From assembly GCA_043767805.1 (NCBI GenBank), contig JAYUGC010000150.1, positions 1 through 10,143 on the forward strand: DNA of 10,143 bases, given 5' to 3'. This stretch comes from Pseudomonadota bacterium. Lineage in GTDB: Bacteria > Bdellovibrionota > FAC87 > UBA2466. This document shows, one piece after another, positions 1 to 7,543 of this stretch; the first letter of the stretch is position 1, and each line of letters begins with the position of its first letter. The position numbers were made by a program, and so were the translations under genes. The notes below the pieces were generated by a model that worked only from the letters and a program-made list of their open reading frames with translations, was not told where the DNA came from and ran no database searches.

Positions 1-213
1 GGCGAAGTAAACGACGAGCCCGAGAGCGAGTTCACTCAAAGCGAGCGAGAAACGATTCCATTCCGCTTCGGGAAATAGACCCAAGATCGGTCCGGCGACA
101 TAACCCAAGACGATGAAAACGAGCGCTTCCGGAACGCGAACGCGAGCGTACAGACCTTTTAAGGCCTGTCCTAAAAAGAAGATCGCCGCGATGGCCGCTA
201 ATGCCGTGGTCAT
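1..213 (-). CDS. Cation:proton antiporter (CPA, NhaP/KefB-like), N-terminal 71 codons; runs off the left edge
   Basis: Not in the ORF track. Manual translation from ATG at 213 (minus) is open to position 1: MTTALAAIAAIFFLGQALKGLYARVRVPEALVFIVLGYVAGPILGLFPEAEWNRFSLALSELALGLVVYFA. The pattern of hydrophobic helix, 'RVPxxLxxIxxGxxxGPxLG', then 'xELALxxxxF' matches the N-terminus of Na+/H+ exchanger family proteins. In-frame stops lie upstream at ~265-270. Confidence 0.75.
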   Translation of the reverse strand, partial: MTTALAAIAAIFFLGQALKGLYARVRVPEALVFIVLGYVAGPILGLFPEAEWNRFSLALSELALGLVVYFA

Positions 214-320
214 TAAGGTTCCGTCTCTTCTTTTCGGCGCACTCCTTACCGAACCTTCGGAAAGTTATCAGGGTTCCCAACAACCAAGACGCGTCGAGTC
301 AAGCGCTTGAAGAGACTCAG

Positions 321-968
321 CTAAGGCTGGAGAAAAAACTCGGTTAGTTCGGGGAAGCCATCGAACCTGAGGCACGCGGAGTCCGGCTGCCCGAATCCGT
401 AATTCACATGGTAGTACGGCACTCCGGCTTTTTTCGCGGCCACGTGGTCTCCCGCCGTGTCCCCGATGTAAACCGGCGACGCGAGCCGGTTTCTCTTAAC
501 GAGAAGCGCGATGTTGTGCCCTTTCGGTTTTCCCGTGGCGCCGTAACATTCCGTATCCTTGAAAAGACTTTGAAGGCCCGAGGCCGCGAAGAAAGTCGCG
601 AGGTAGTCTTTCATGCAGTTACTGACGATAAAAAGCGGAAAACAGGCCGCGAGCCGCTTGAGTCCCGCCGCCACTCCGGGAAACAAAGCGCCGCCCTCGG
701 TTTGCAAAACGGCAATCTCCCGTTCGTAGCAATTGTGCGCGATGGCCTCCCTCTGCTCAGGCTCGGCCTCGGGGAAGACCTTGTCGAAAATTTCGTTCAT
801 GGGAAGGCCCATGATGCCTTGAATGTCCTTGTCCGTGATGACCCGATCGGAGACCCCGAGGTTCCCCAAAGCCTGGTTCCACCCCTTCGCGCAGGACGCG
901 GAGGAGTCCCAAAGGGTGCCGTCCAAGTCAAAAATCAGCCCGTCCAGTGGCGTGTCAGTCATTTTCAT
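321..968 (-). CDS. HAD-superfamily hydrolase (phosphoglycolate phosphatase-like, subfamily IA)
   Basis: Motif I LIFDLDGTLWDS, motif II IVSN, motif III Lys (GKPKG), motif IV YIGDTAGD; 215 aa. The start could be 968 or 962. Confidence 0.9.
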   Translation of the reverse strand: MKMTDTPLDGLIFDLDGTLWDSSASCAKGWNQALGNLGVSDRVITDKDIQGIMGLPMNEIFDKVFPEAEPEQREAIAHNCYEREIAVLQTEGGALFPGVAAGLKRLAACFPLFIVSNCMKDYLATFFAASGLQSLFKDTECYGATGKPKGHNIALLVKRNRLASPVYIGDTAGDHVAAKKAGVPYYHVNYGFGQPDSACLRFDGFPELTEFFLQP

Positions 969-1097
969 TAACGTTTAGAGTCGTTTTCTCAAGGCTCGGG
1001 GCCACTATAAATCAGGGCTTTGGCTACCGCTACCCTGGATTCCCTCTCCCAATTCCAAAACTCTCGGCTAAGATGCGGACAGATCAGGGGGGGGTGT

Positions 1098-2342
1098 ATG
1101 CGGTTCATCTGGCTTTTGAGTTTTTGGGCTCTGTCTGCCGTGGCGCTGGACAAACCGGCGGCCGTGGTTCGGATGAAAAAGGGGACCGCGGGGAAACCCA
1201 TCTTGTTCGGCCTGAGCACCGCCCAAGCGGAAGCCCTCTATAAGGCGAGCCACCGGAAAGCCGACCTCCGCAACCTCTATATCGTTCCCGACCGCGACCT
1301 TCAGGCCATCAACTGGAAGGACGCTCAGCTGGACGGCTGGATCGATAACGGCCCCGTCCCTCCCCCCGGCTACTACGCGGCCTCCGCCGACCCGGAGCTG
1401 GCGACTCAGTGGTGGAGAGAGAAACTCGAGCTCGATAAAGTCTGGGCGAAAGCGACTGGAAAAGGCGTCACTATCGCGGACTGCGATTCGGGCTATTACA
1501 CCGAAGAGCCGGACCTCGCGCCCAATCTCCTGTTAAACGATCGCTACGATTTGTCCGATCGCGAAGAGCCGCTCAAAATCGACGACGGTGCTTACGTGTC
1601 TCACGGCACGTCGGTCGCCTCCCTCTTGGTGGGCGCCTTGGACGGCAAGGGAACCAACGGCATCGCCTACAACGCGAAGCTCGTGCCGCTGCAAAATTTC
1701 AATTACTCGAAGGAAGATGATCTTCTGAAAGAAGACGCCACCACCCGCTGCATTTTGCGCGCGCTGACCATTCAGTCGGTGAAAGTCATTCTCCTCGAAA
1801 ACCAAACGGCGCAAGGCTCGTCGGAAACCTTTCTTGGTACGAGAGAAGCAGTCCGTCTGGCCATTGCGTCCGGTGTGCCCGTCGTGTCGGCCGCCGGAAA
1901 TTATGCCTTGGATCTCACCATCGAAAGCGGCGATGACACGGGCTCGATTCTGGTCGGCGCCGTGGATCCGAAAGGAAAGCTCTCCGGCTTCAGCAATTTC
2001 GGCTTGCGGCTGACCGTCGCGGGCTATGGACAAGACATTCAGACGCTCGCGGGACCAAACGGATACCAAGCGACTTTCACGGGAACCTCCGCGGCGGCGC
2101 CTCAGGTCGCGGCGACGGTCGCCCTGATGCTCGAGCTCAATCCGAAGCTCTCACCCGCGCAAATCCGCACGATCTTGGAAAAGACCCGCGCCATAACGGC
2201 CGAGAATAAAGACGTAGGCGGCCTCTTGAACATCGTCGCCGCTTTGGACGAAGTCGCGAAGACGAGAACGAGCTCCTGGAATTACAACTCGAGCCAGCAA
2301 GTCCGTAAAACCGTGCGAACGATTTTAACGAAGAAGCCCTAG
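1098..2342 (+). CDS. Secreted S8 family (subtilisin-like) serine peptidase
   Basis: Catalytic Asp (TIADCDSG), His (SHGTSVAS), oxyanion Asn (SAAGN) and Ser (FTGTSAAAP). Start moved from the ORF-track 1020 to ATG 1098, which gives a signal peptide (MRFIWLLSFWALSAVA) and follows a G-rich RBS-like tract. Confidence 0.92.
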   Translation: MRFIWLLSFWALSAVALDKPAAVVRMKKGTAGKPILFGLSTAQAEALYKASHRKADLRNLYIVPDRDLQAINWKDAQLDGWIDNGPVPPPGYYAASADPELATQWWREKLELDKVWAKATGKGVTIADCDSGYYTEEPDLAPNLLLNDRYDLSDREEPLKIDDGAYVSHGTSVASLLVGALDGKGTNGIAYNAKLVPLQNFNYSKEDDLLKEDATTRCILRALTIQSVKVILLENQTAQGSSETFLGTREAVRLAIASGVPVVSAAGNYALDLTIESGDDTGSILVGAVDPKGKLSGFSNFGLRLTVAGYGQDIQTLAGPNGYQATFTGTSAAAPQVAATVALMLELNPKLSPAQIRTILEKTRAITAENKDVGGLLNIVAALDEVAKTRTSSWNYNSSQQVRKTVRTILTKKP

Positions 2343-3463
2343 CTCGCCATCTGATGGAGCGAAGGAGCCCGGCGCCAGGCCCGTAAGTACAGAGACCATT
2401 GACGAGCGGCGAGCTTCCATTCCATGCGGCTCGCCTTCAGCTCTACTCTGAGCAAGAGATAACGCTCTTTGGACTGAGCCTTAACGTCGGCTTTCATCTG
2501 CTGAAACTCTTCGCGGATCTCTTTCATGCGAAGCTGAGCGGCTTCGCGCTTGGCTTTGAGCATCTCGATGCGCTCGGCGGGAAAGCCCATCTTCAAAAGC
2601 GAGTTCTCTTCCGTGCGCAGGCGCACTCTCTGGATCTCCGCCGCGGGAATGCGCTTTAGCCGGGTGGTCAGGCCCACGAAGGACAAGCCGCGGATGAGCC
2701 ATTTCGTCGGATCCCACTGATACCAGCGGATGCCGTTACGGTAATCGGAAGCAAATTGGTGGTGGTAATTATGGTAGCCCTCGCCGAACGCGAAGATGGC
2801 GAGCAGCAAGCTGTCTCTCGCCGTTTGCATCTCGCTGTAGGTGCGCTTACCGAAAGTGTGAGCGTAAGAGTTGATGAGAAACGTCGAGTGGCTTCCCGCG
2901 ACGACGCGAAGGAGGCCGCCGAAGAGCAAGCCGCCGAACGGATGGCCCAAGGCATAGCCGAGCATGAGCGGAACCCCGAAGCACATGGCAACCGCGATCA
3001 CGACGTAGTTTCTGTGCTGCCACATCACGAGCTTGTCCTCGAGCAGATCCTGCGGGTAGTTGCTCGTGTTGGTCTCTTCGTAAAACAGCCAGCCGATGTG
3101 GGCCCAGAGAAAACCTTCGTGGATGTTGTGGGGATCTTTGTCCGTATCCACATGACGGTGATGACGCCGGTGGTCAGCGCCCCATTGCAAGGCCGAGCCC
3201 TGAAAAGAGCCAGCTCCGAAGAGCAGGAACGCGAGCTTCACGATGGGATTGGCCTCGTAGCTCCGGTGGGAAAGAAACCGGTGGTAGCCCGCCGTAATGC
3301 TCATGCTGGTGCAGGCCACGTAAATGAAGAAGAGCGCGATGAGCGACCAGTTAAGCCCGTATTGATAGAGATAGAGAGGCGTCAGAATGACCGCTCCCAA
3401 CCCCGTCAGGGTGAAGAACAGCACATTGACCCATTGGAGTTTACGGTTGGCGGGGATGGTCAT
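2339..3463 (-). CDS. Membrane fatty acid (acyl-CoA/acyl-lipid) delta-9-type desaturase
   Basis: Three His boxes (HRFLSH, HRRHH, HNYHH), FGEGYHNYHH and WDPTKW motifs, transmembrane segments and a charged helical C-terminal tail. ATG at 3463 is preceded by TAAGGA (SD-like). Confidence 0.93.
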   Translation of the reverse strand: MTIPANRKLQWVNVLFFTLTGLGAVILTPLYLYQYGLNWSLIALFFIYVACTSMSITAGYHRFLSHRSYEANPIVKLAFLLFGAGSFQGSALQWGADHRRHHRHVDTDKDPHNIHEGFLWAHIGWLFYEETNTSNYPQDLLEDKLVMWQHRNYVVIAVAMCFGVPLMLGYALGHPFGGLLFGGLLRVVAGSHSTFLINSYAHTFGKRTYSEMQTARDSLLLAIFAFGEGYHNYHHQFASDYRNGIRWYQWDPTKWLIRGLSFVGLTTRLKRIPAAEIQRVRLRTEENSLLKMGFPAERIEMLKAKREAAQLRMKEIREEFQQMKADVKAQSKERYLLLRVELKASRMEWKLAARQWSLYLRAWRRAPSLHQMAS

Positions 3464-3657
3464 AGGAGTTTCCTTACTATAGATGCTAACGACTCCGGCG
3501 ACTGCATTCAGCAAAAATCACATCAACCATTACAGATCGTTAAAAGAAGGGATGAATCATCGATTTTGCGTGGCGCATTAGATCCAGAAGTAACGGAAAT
3601 CAGAGGCCCTGTCGAGAAACTTGCCGGGAATACCGCACTTCGCCTATCTAACTGAAC

Positions 3658-4113
3658 ATGCTTAAAGAAGGGGATAAGGCTCCGGCCTTCCGTTTACCGT
3701 CCGATTCTGGTGAGACCATTGCGTTAAGCGACCTCAAGGGTAAGACCGTGGTTCTCTACTTTTATCCAAAAGACATGACCCCCGGCTGCACGACCCAAGC
3801 TTGCGGGTTCCGGGACGAAGCCTCGGCTTTGAAGAAACGCAAAGCGGTCGTCTTGGGGGTGAGCGCCGACTCCGTAGAGCGCCACGGGAAGTTCCGCGAC
3901 AAGTACGAGCTGAACTTTCCGCTCCTAGCCGACGAGGACAAGAAGGTCTGCAAGGCGTACGGGGTCTGGCAGGAGAAGTCCCTCTACGGCAAAAAGTTCA
4001 TGGGCATCGTTCGCTCGACGTTCGTCATCGGGCCGGATGGCAAGATCGCAAAGATCTTCCCCAAAGTTAAAGTGAAGGATCACATGGCCGAGGTTCTCGA
4101 GGCCCTTAAGTGA
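3658..4113 (+). CDS. bcp: Thioredoxin-dependent thiol peroxidase (BCP/PrxQ peroxiredoxin)
   Basis: VVLYFYPKDMTPGCTTQACGFRD (PxxxTxxC with a CxxxxC resolving Cys), GVSAD and RSTFVI; 151 aa. Confidence 0.95.
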   Translation: MLKEGDKAPAFRLPSDSGETIALSDLKGKTVVLYFYPKDMTPGCTTQACGFRDEASALKKRKAVVLGVSADSVERHGKFRDKYELNFPLLADEDKKVCKAYGVWQEKSLYGKKFMGIVRSTFVIGPDGKIAKIFPKVKVKDHMAEVLEALK

Positions 4114-4829
4114 GCGGAACCCCGAAAAGCGCGAAGGATCGGCTCATCGTCGCGCTCGACGTGGACTCTCTGGATAAAGCCATGCCTCTCGTGAAGCGTC
4201 TCGTGCCGCACGTGGGATGCTTCAAAGTCGGGCTCGAGCTTTTGACCGCCGAGGGCGCCCCTCAAGTGGTCTCTCGCATTCACGACGCCGGCGGCTCGAT
4301 CTTTTACGACGGCAAGTTCGACGACATTCCCGCGACCATCGCGGGCGCGAGCCGCGCCGTCGCTCGCCTCGGCGTGAAAATTTTCAATCTGCATGCGTCT
4401 TGCGGGCTCGAGTCCATTCGGGCCGCCGCCAAAGAGAAAGGTTCCTCGATCTTGCTCGCGGTCACGGTGCTGACTTCCCTCGACGACGCGGCCGCGCGCC
4501 GATCGTTTGGGGCGGACGCGCTCACCAAAGTGCTGTCGTTCGCGAGAGACGCGAGCGAAGGCGGCGCCGACGGCATCGTCTGCTCTCCGAAAGAGCTCGA
4601 AGCGCTCGCAAAAGATCCGCTCACCGCGAAACTTTTGAAAGTCACTCCGGGGGTTCGTCCGGCTTGGGCCGCGGCCAACGATCAAAAGCGCACCCTAACG
4701 CCCGGAGAAGCCATCCGCAAAGGCGCGTCTTATCTCGTCGTCGGACGACCCATTCTGCAACCGCCCTCGGGTACCGCGGAAGACGCGGCTAAACGAGTGG
4801 TCGAGGAAATTGAAGAGGCTCTCTCGTGA
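4110..4829 (+). CDS. pyrF: Orotidine-5'-phosphate decarboxylase
   Basis: RLIVALD, FKVGLEL, DxKxxDIP catalytic motif (DGKFDDIPAT), AVTVLTS, DGIVCS, VTPGVRP, DQKR and LVVGRPI. GTG start overlaps the bcp stop (GTGA at 4110-4113). Confidence 0.96.
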   Translation: MSGTPKSAKDRLIVALDVDSLDKAMPLVKRLVPHVGCFKVGLELLTAEGAPQVVSRIHDAGGSIFYDGKFDDIPATIAGASRAVARLGVKIFNLHASCGLESIRAAAKEKGSSILLAVTVLTSLDDAAARRSFGADALTKVLSFARDASEGGADGIVCSPKELEALAKDPLTAKLLKVTPGVRPAWAAANDQKRTLTPGEAIRKGASYLVVGRPILQPPSGTAEDAAKRVVEEIEEALS

Positions 4830-5440
4830 ATCCCTTGGAACAGATGCGGGCCGTGGGCGCGCTCGTCACCGATAGCCACATCGTCTATACCTCGGGCCGC
4901 CACGGAAAGGCCTACGTCAATAAAGACGCGGTCTATCCGCACGCGGATCTGACTAGCGCCGTAACGCTCGCAATGATCGAGCCTTTCGTCTCGCAAAATA
5001 TCGACGTGGCCATGGCGCCGGCTTTGGGAGGCATCATTCTTTCGCAGTGGGCCGCGCACCACCTCACCCGGCTTTCCAAAAAAGAAGTGCTCGGCGTCTA
5101 CGCGGAAAGAGAAGGCGACGGCTTTCTCCTCCGCCGCGGCTACGATAAGCTGGTCGCAGGCAAGCGTGTCCTGATCTTGGAAGACGTTTTGACGACGGGC
5201 GGCTCGGTCAAAAAGACCGTGGAGACGGCGAAAGCCGCTGGCGCGAAAGTCGTCGGCGTCGCCGCCCTTTGCAACCGGGGCGGCGTCACGGCGGATTTCC
5301 TGGGCGTGCCCGAGCTCCGCTCCTTTCTCGAAGTGAAGCTCGATTCCTGGGAAGAAAAAGACTGCCCGATGTGCTTAGGCAAGGTCGCCATCAACACGGA
5401 CGTGGGCAAAGGCCGCGAGTTCCTGGCCCGCAAAAAGTAG
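4826..5440 (+). CDS. pyrE: Orotate phosphoribosyltransferase
   Basis: YTSGRH, PALGGI and the PRPP-binding motif VLILEDVLTTGGS. Directly follows pyrF with a GTGA overlap at 4826-4829. Confidence 0.92.
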   Translation: MNPLEQMRAVGALVTDSHIVYTSGRHGKAYVNKDAVYPHADLTSAVTLAMIEPFVSQNIDVAMAPALGGIILSQWAAHHLTRLSKKEVLGVYAEREGDGFLLRRGYDKLVAGKRVLILEDVLTTGGSVKKTVETAKAAGAKVVGVAALCNRGGVTADFLGVPELRSFLEVKLDSWEEKDCPMCLGKVAINTDVGKGREFLARKK

Positions 5441-5454
5441 CGCTTTGAGTTACA

Positions 5455-6942
5455 ATGGGCCTCATGCCCCGTGTGTCTAAAAAAACCGCCGGCGCGGTTC
5501 TGCTTTTCTTTCTTTGCACCCTCAATCTGACGTCGGGCGGAAGGCTCGGCAGCGTCGATGCCGGCTCTCAGTTGCAAGCGGCGACCCTGCTTGCCCGCAC
5601 GGGACAACTAGGCGCGGTGGCGCCTCCCACCTTGGAACCCGTCTTGTGGGTTCCAAACGCCAAAGGGCTTTTCTATCAATGCCACGACGTGGGCAATCTC
5701 TTCTTGATGTTTCCCGCGGCACTCTTGGGAAGCTCGCTGTCCAGGGCGACCACGGCCGAGATATTTGAGAACCCTCCCCCCTTGAGTCGGGTGGCGGTAT
5801 CGCTCACTTACGGTTTGTTCGCGGCTCTCGGCTGCTTTTTTCTCTTTCTCTTCTTCTGCCGGCTCTACGATTCACGCCGGGCTTTCCTTCTCACTCTCGC
5901 TTTCGCCTTCACCACGTTTTTCTGGGCTTACACCAAGACTGCGTGGGACGTGATGGGCTCCGCGGTCGGCGCGTGCTTCGTTCTCTATGCCTCGGCTCGC
6001 GCGATGACCGCTCCCGTCTGGGAGAATAAAGACTTCGCGCTCTTAGGTCTCGCGGTCGCCATCGCGGGCTCATTCCGGTTCTCGCTCTTTCCGTCCCTCT
6101 TGCTCGGGGTGGCTGCTCTCGGTTTTCTCTACCGCGACCGCCTGAAGGTCGCGCCGGTCGCGGCATTTTTGACGACGGTACTAGCCACCATGCTGCCGGC
6201 ATTTGCCTACAATCTCGTTCGCATGGGAAACCCGTTTCAGCCGGCCACCATGGCGCCGCAGTTCGCGACGACGAGCGACCTCCAAGGCAATGTCTTCTAT
6301 GGCCTCTACGGGCTGTTGCTGTCGCCCAATAAGGGCCTATTCTGGTTTGCCCCCGTTTTGCTCTTACTCTTCGCGCTGCCTTGGCACTGGAAGCAGCTCC
6401 CCAAGTGGGCGCGCGACTTGGCGCTCTCGATGGGAGCGGTGACTTTCAGTTATCTTTTGCTCGTCTCTAAAATTCGCAACTGGGGAACGTTCGGCTGGGG
6501 ACCAAGGTACTTGGTACCCGTGCTTCCTTTTCTCTTTTTCTTTTCGGCGGTGAGTCTCGTCGAGCTCTGGCGAAAGTACCGCGCTCCGCTCGTGGGTCTC
6601 TTGGCGCTTTCCTTTTGCCTCAACCTCGCTCCGGTTTTAGTCAATTGGAGCCTTGCGATTGCGGACCCGCAAACCTCGAACGCTCATCTTTTCTTTCCCT
6701 ACCAGCATCAGGCGATCTGGAAGGGGCTGTTTAATGGCCTGAGGGGAATTCCCCTCGCCGCCCCCGCGGAAGTTTTGGCGGATCCGGTGAGAAGCGCGGG
6801 CGCGCGCTTTCCCGATCTCTGGCTAGTCCGTCTTATGGAGACGTCGCGGGCCGGAAACTTCGCGGGGCTCACCGGAGTTTTCTTGCTTCTCTTTGGGATC
6901 GGGGGCTCGCTCGGCCGTTTACGAGCGGAGCGACGCGAATAG
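5455..6942 (+). CDS. Polytopic membrane protein, probable GT-C fold glycosyltransferase-like (ArnT/PMT-related)
   Basis: 495 aa with roughly 10-12 hydrophobic segments. It has an Asp in the loop after TM1 (GSVD), plus 'LLSPNKGLFWFAP' and 'WGPRYLVPVLP' motifs, which recall lipid-carrier-dependent glycosyltransferases. The CDS is solid; the function is inferred. Confidence 0.65.
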   Translation: MGLMPRVSKKTAGAVLLFFLCTLNLTSGGRLGSVDAGSQLQAATLLARTGQLGAVAPPTLEPVLWVPNAKGLFYQCHDVGNLFLMFPAALLGSSLSRATTAEIFENPPPLSRVAVSLTYGLFAALGCFFLFLFFCRLYDSRRAFLLTLAFAFTTFFWAYTKTAWDVMGSAVGACFVLYASARAMTAPVWENKDFALLGLAVAIAGSFRFSLFPSLLLGVAALGFLYRDRLKVAPVAAFLTTVLATMLPAFAYNLVRMGNPFQPATMAPQFATTSDLQGNVFYGLYGLLLSPNKGLFWFAPVLLLLFALPWHWKQLPKWARDLALSMGAVTFSYLLLVSKIRNWGTFGWGPRYLVPVLPFLFFFSAVSLVELWRKYRAPLVGLLALSFCLNLAPVLVNWSLAIADPQTSNAHLFFPYQHQAIWKGLFNGLRGIPLAAPAEVLADPVRSAGARFPDLWLVRLMETSRAGNFAGLTGVFLLLFGIGGSLGRLRAERRE

Positions 6943-7284
6943 GAGCGCCCAACCGACGAGAAAACAAACCCCGCCGATGGGAGTAATGGCTCCGAGCACG
7001 CCGGCCTGAGAGAGCGCCAGGGCGTAGAGACTGCCGCTAAAAATGAAAATACCAACGAGAAACGCCCAACCGGCGTATCTAAGCAGCGAGGTCTCTCCCC
7101 GCATCAAAAGAATCGCCACAAGAGCCAGCGCGAAGGTGTGAAAGAATTGGTATTCCACCCCCGTCTTGAAGATGGCTAGATATTTTTCGTCGAGTCTGGC
7201 TTTCAAGGCGTGAGCCCCGAAGGCGCCGAAAGCCACCGAAAGAAAACCGGTTACTGCCGCCGCACTGAGAAAGAAATTGGCCAT
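6919..7284 (-). CDS. DUF423 / YgdD (TMEM256) family small membrane protein
   Basis: GAFGAHAL, TGVEYQFFH, IFSGSLY and GAITPIGG motifs. ATG at 7284 is preferred over TTG at 7293. Confidence 0.93.
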   Translation of the reverse strand: MANFFLSAAAVTGFLSVAFGAFGAHALKARLDEKYLAIFKTGVEYQFFHTFALALVAILLMRGETSLLRYAGWAFLVGIFIFSGSLYALALSQAGVLGAITPIGGVCFLVGWALLFASLRS

Positions 7285-7332
7285 AGCGCTCAAAATACTC
7301 GTGAGCGTTCATGGGTCAAGCAAGTTCCCGCG

Positions 7333-7391
7333 TCGCTCCGCACGTTCGATCCGGGGCGGTCACTGGTTGCTGGAGCTCGTACGAGGAAATC
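7333..7391 (+). repeat. Dispersed ~60-bp repeat, copy A
   Basis: 7346-7391 (TCGATCCGGGGCGGTCACTGGTTGCTGGAGCTcGTACGAGGAAATC) matches 10008-10053 at 45/46. Weaker similarity extends left to ~7333. Confidence 0.95.
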
Positions 7392-7476
7392 TATTAGATC
7401 TTCGCCTGAAGGGCGCCTCGTTAACGGCAGTCCGATCTCAGTGAGAAGTTCGTGAGGCTTAGATCAAAATAGCCTA

Positions 7477-7536
7477 CCTCGGTCCAGCATCTAGCAACCA
7501 GTGACCGGCCCGGATCGAAACGCGCGAGCAGCGAGG
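7477..7536 (-). repeat. Dispersed ~60-bp repeat, copy B (inverted, more diverged)
   Basis: The reverse complement of 7493-7518 (TCGATCCGGGcCGGTCACTGGTTGCT) matches copies A and C at 25/26. Its 5' flank CTCGCTGCtCGCGCG matches CTCGCTGCcCGCGCG in copy C. The unit is bounded by CCTCG...CGAGG. Confidence 0.9.
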
Positions 7537-7543
7537 AGAGCGC

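Noticed and set aside
249..260. CCGAA-CC-TTCGG palindrome between the HAD gene and the antiporter
   Set aside because: It has 5-bp arms, a 2-nt loop and no U-tract, so it cannot be told apart from chance.
32..310. ORF-track ORFs 32-283 (-) and 113-310 (+)
   Set aside because: A different minus-strand frame (213 to the left edge) gives a convincing antiporter N-terminus.
3464..3474. AGGA-AAC-TCCT mini-hairpin over the desaturase SD (RNA thermometer idea)
   Set aside because: A 4-bp stem with a 3-nt loop is too weak to support the claim.
2756..3655. 299-aa plus-strand ORF antisense to the desaturase (likewise 408-971, 1533-2069, 4080-4685, 4217-4792, 8736-9380)
   Set aside because: These overlap well-supported genes on the opposite strand or in another frame, show no motifs, and are expected from codon bias at high GC.
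4308..4337. PyrF motif variant DGKFDDIPAT versus the common DLKFHDIPNT
   Set aside because: The catalytic D-x-K-x-x-D residues are intact and the other positions vary naturally. There is no sign of inactivation.
7341..7358. GTTCGATCC in repeat copy A resembling a tRNA T-loop (tRNA-derived att site)
   Set aside because: The flanks do not form a 5-bp T-stem, there is no cloverleaf or CCA end, and copy C reads CTCGATCC.
7301..7444. Repeat read as a peptide (ARSIRGGHWLLELVRGN); the three A/C differences in this stretch are synonymous in that frame
   Set aside because: Three sites across several possible frames is weak evidence. Copy B has indels that break the frame, and copy C has no start codon.
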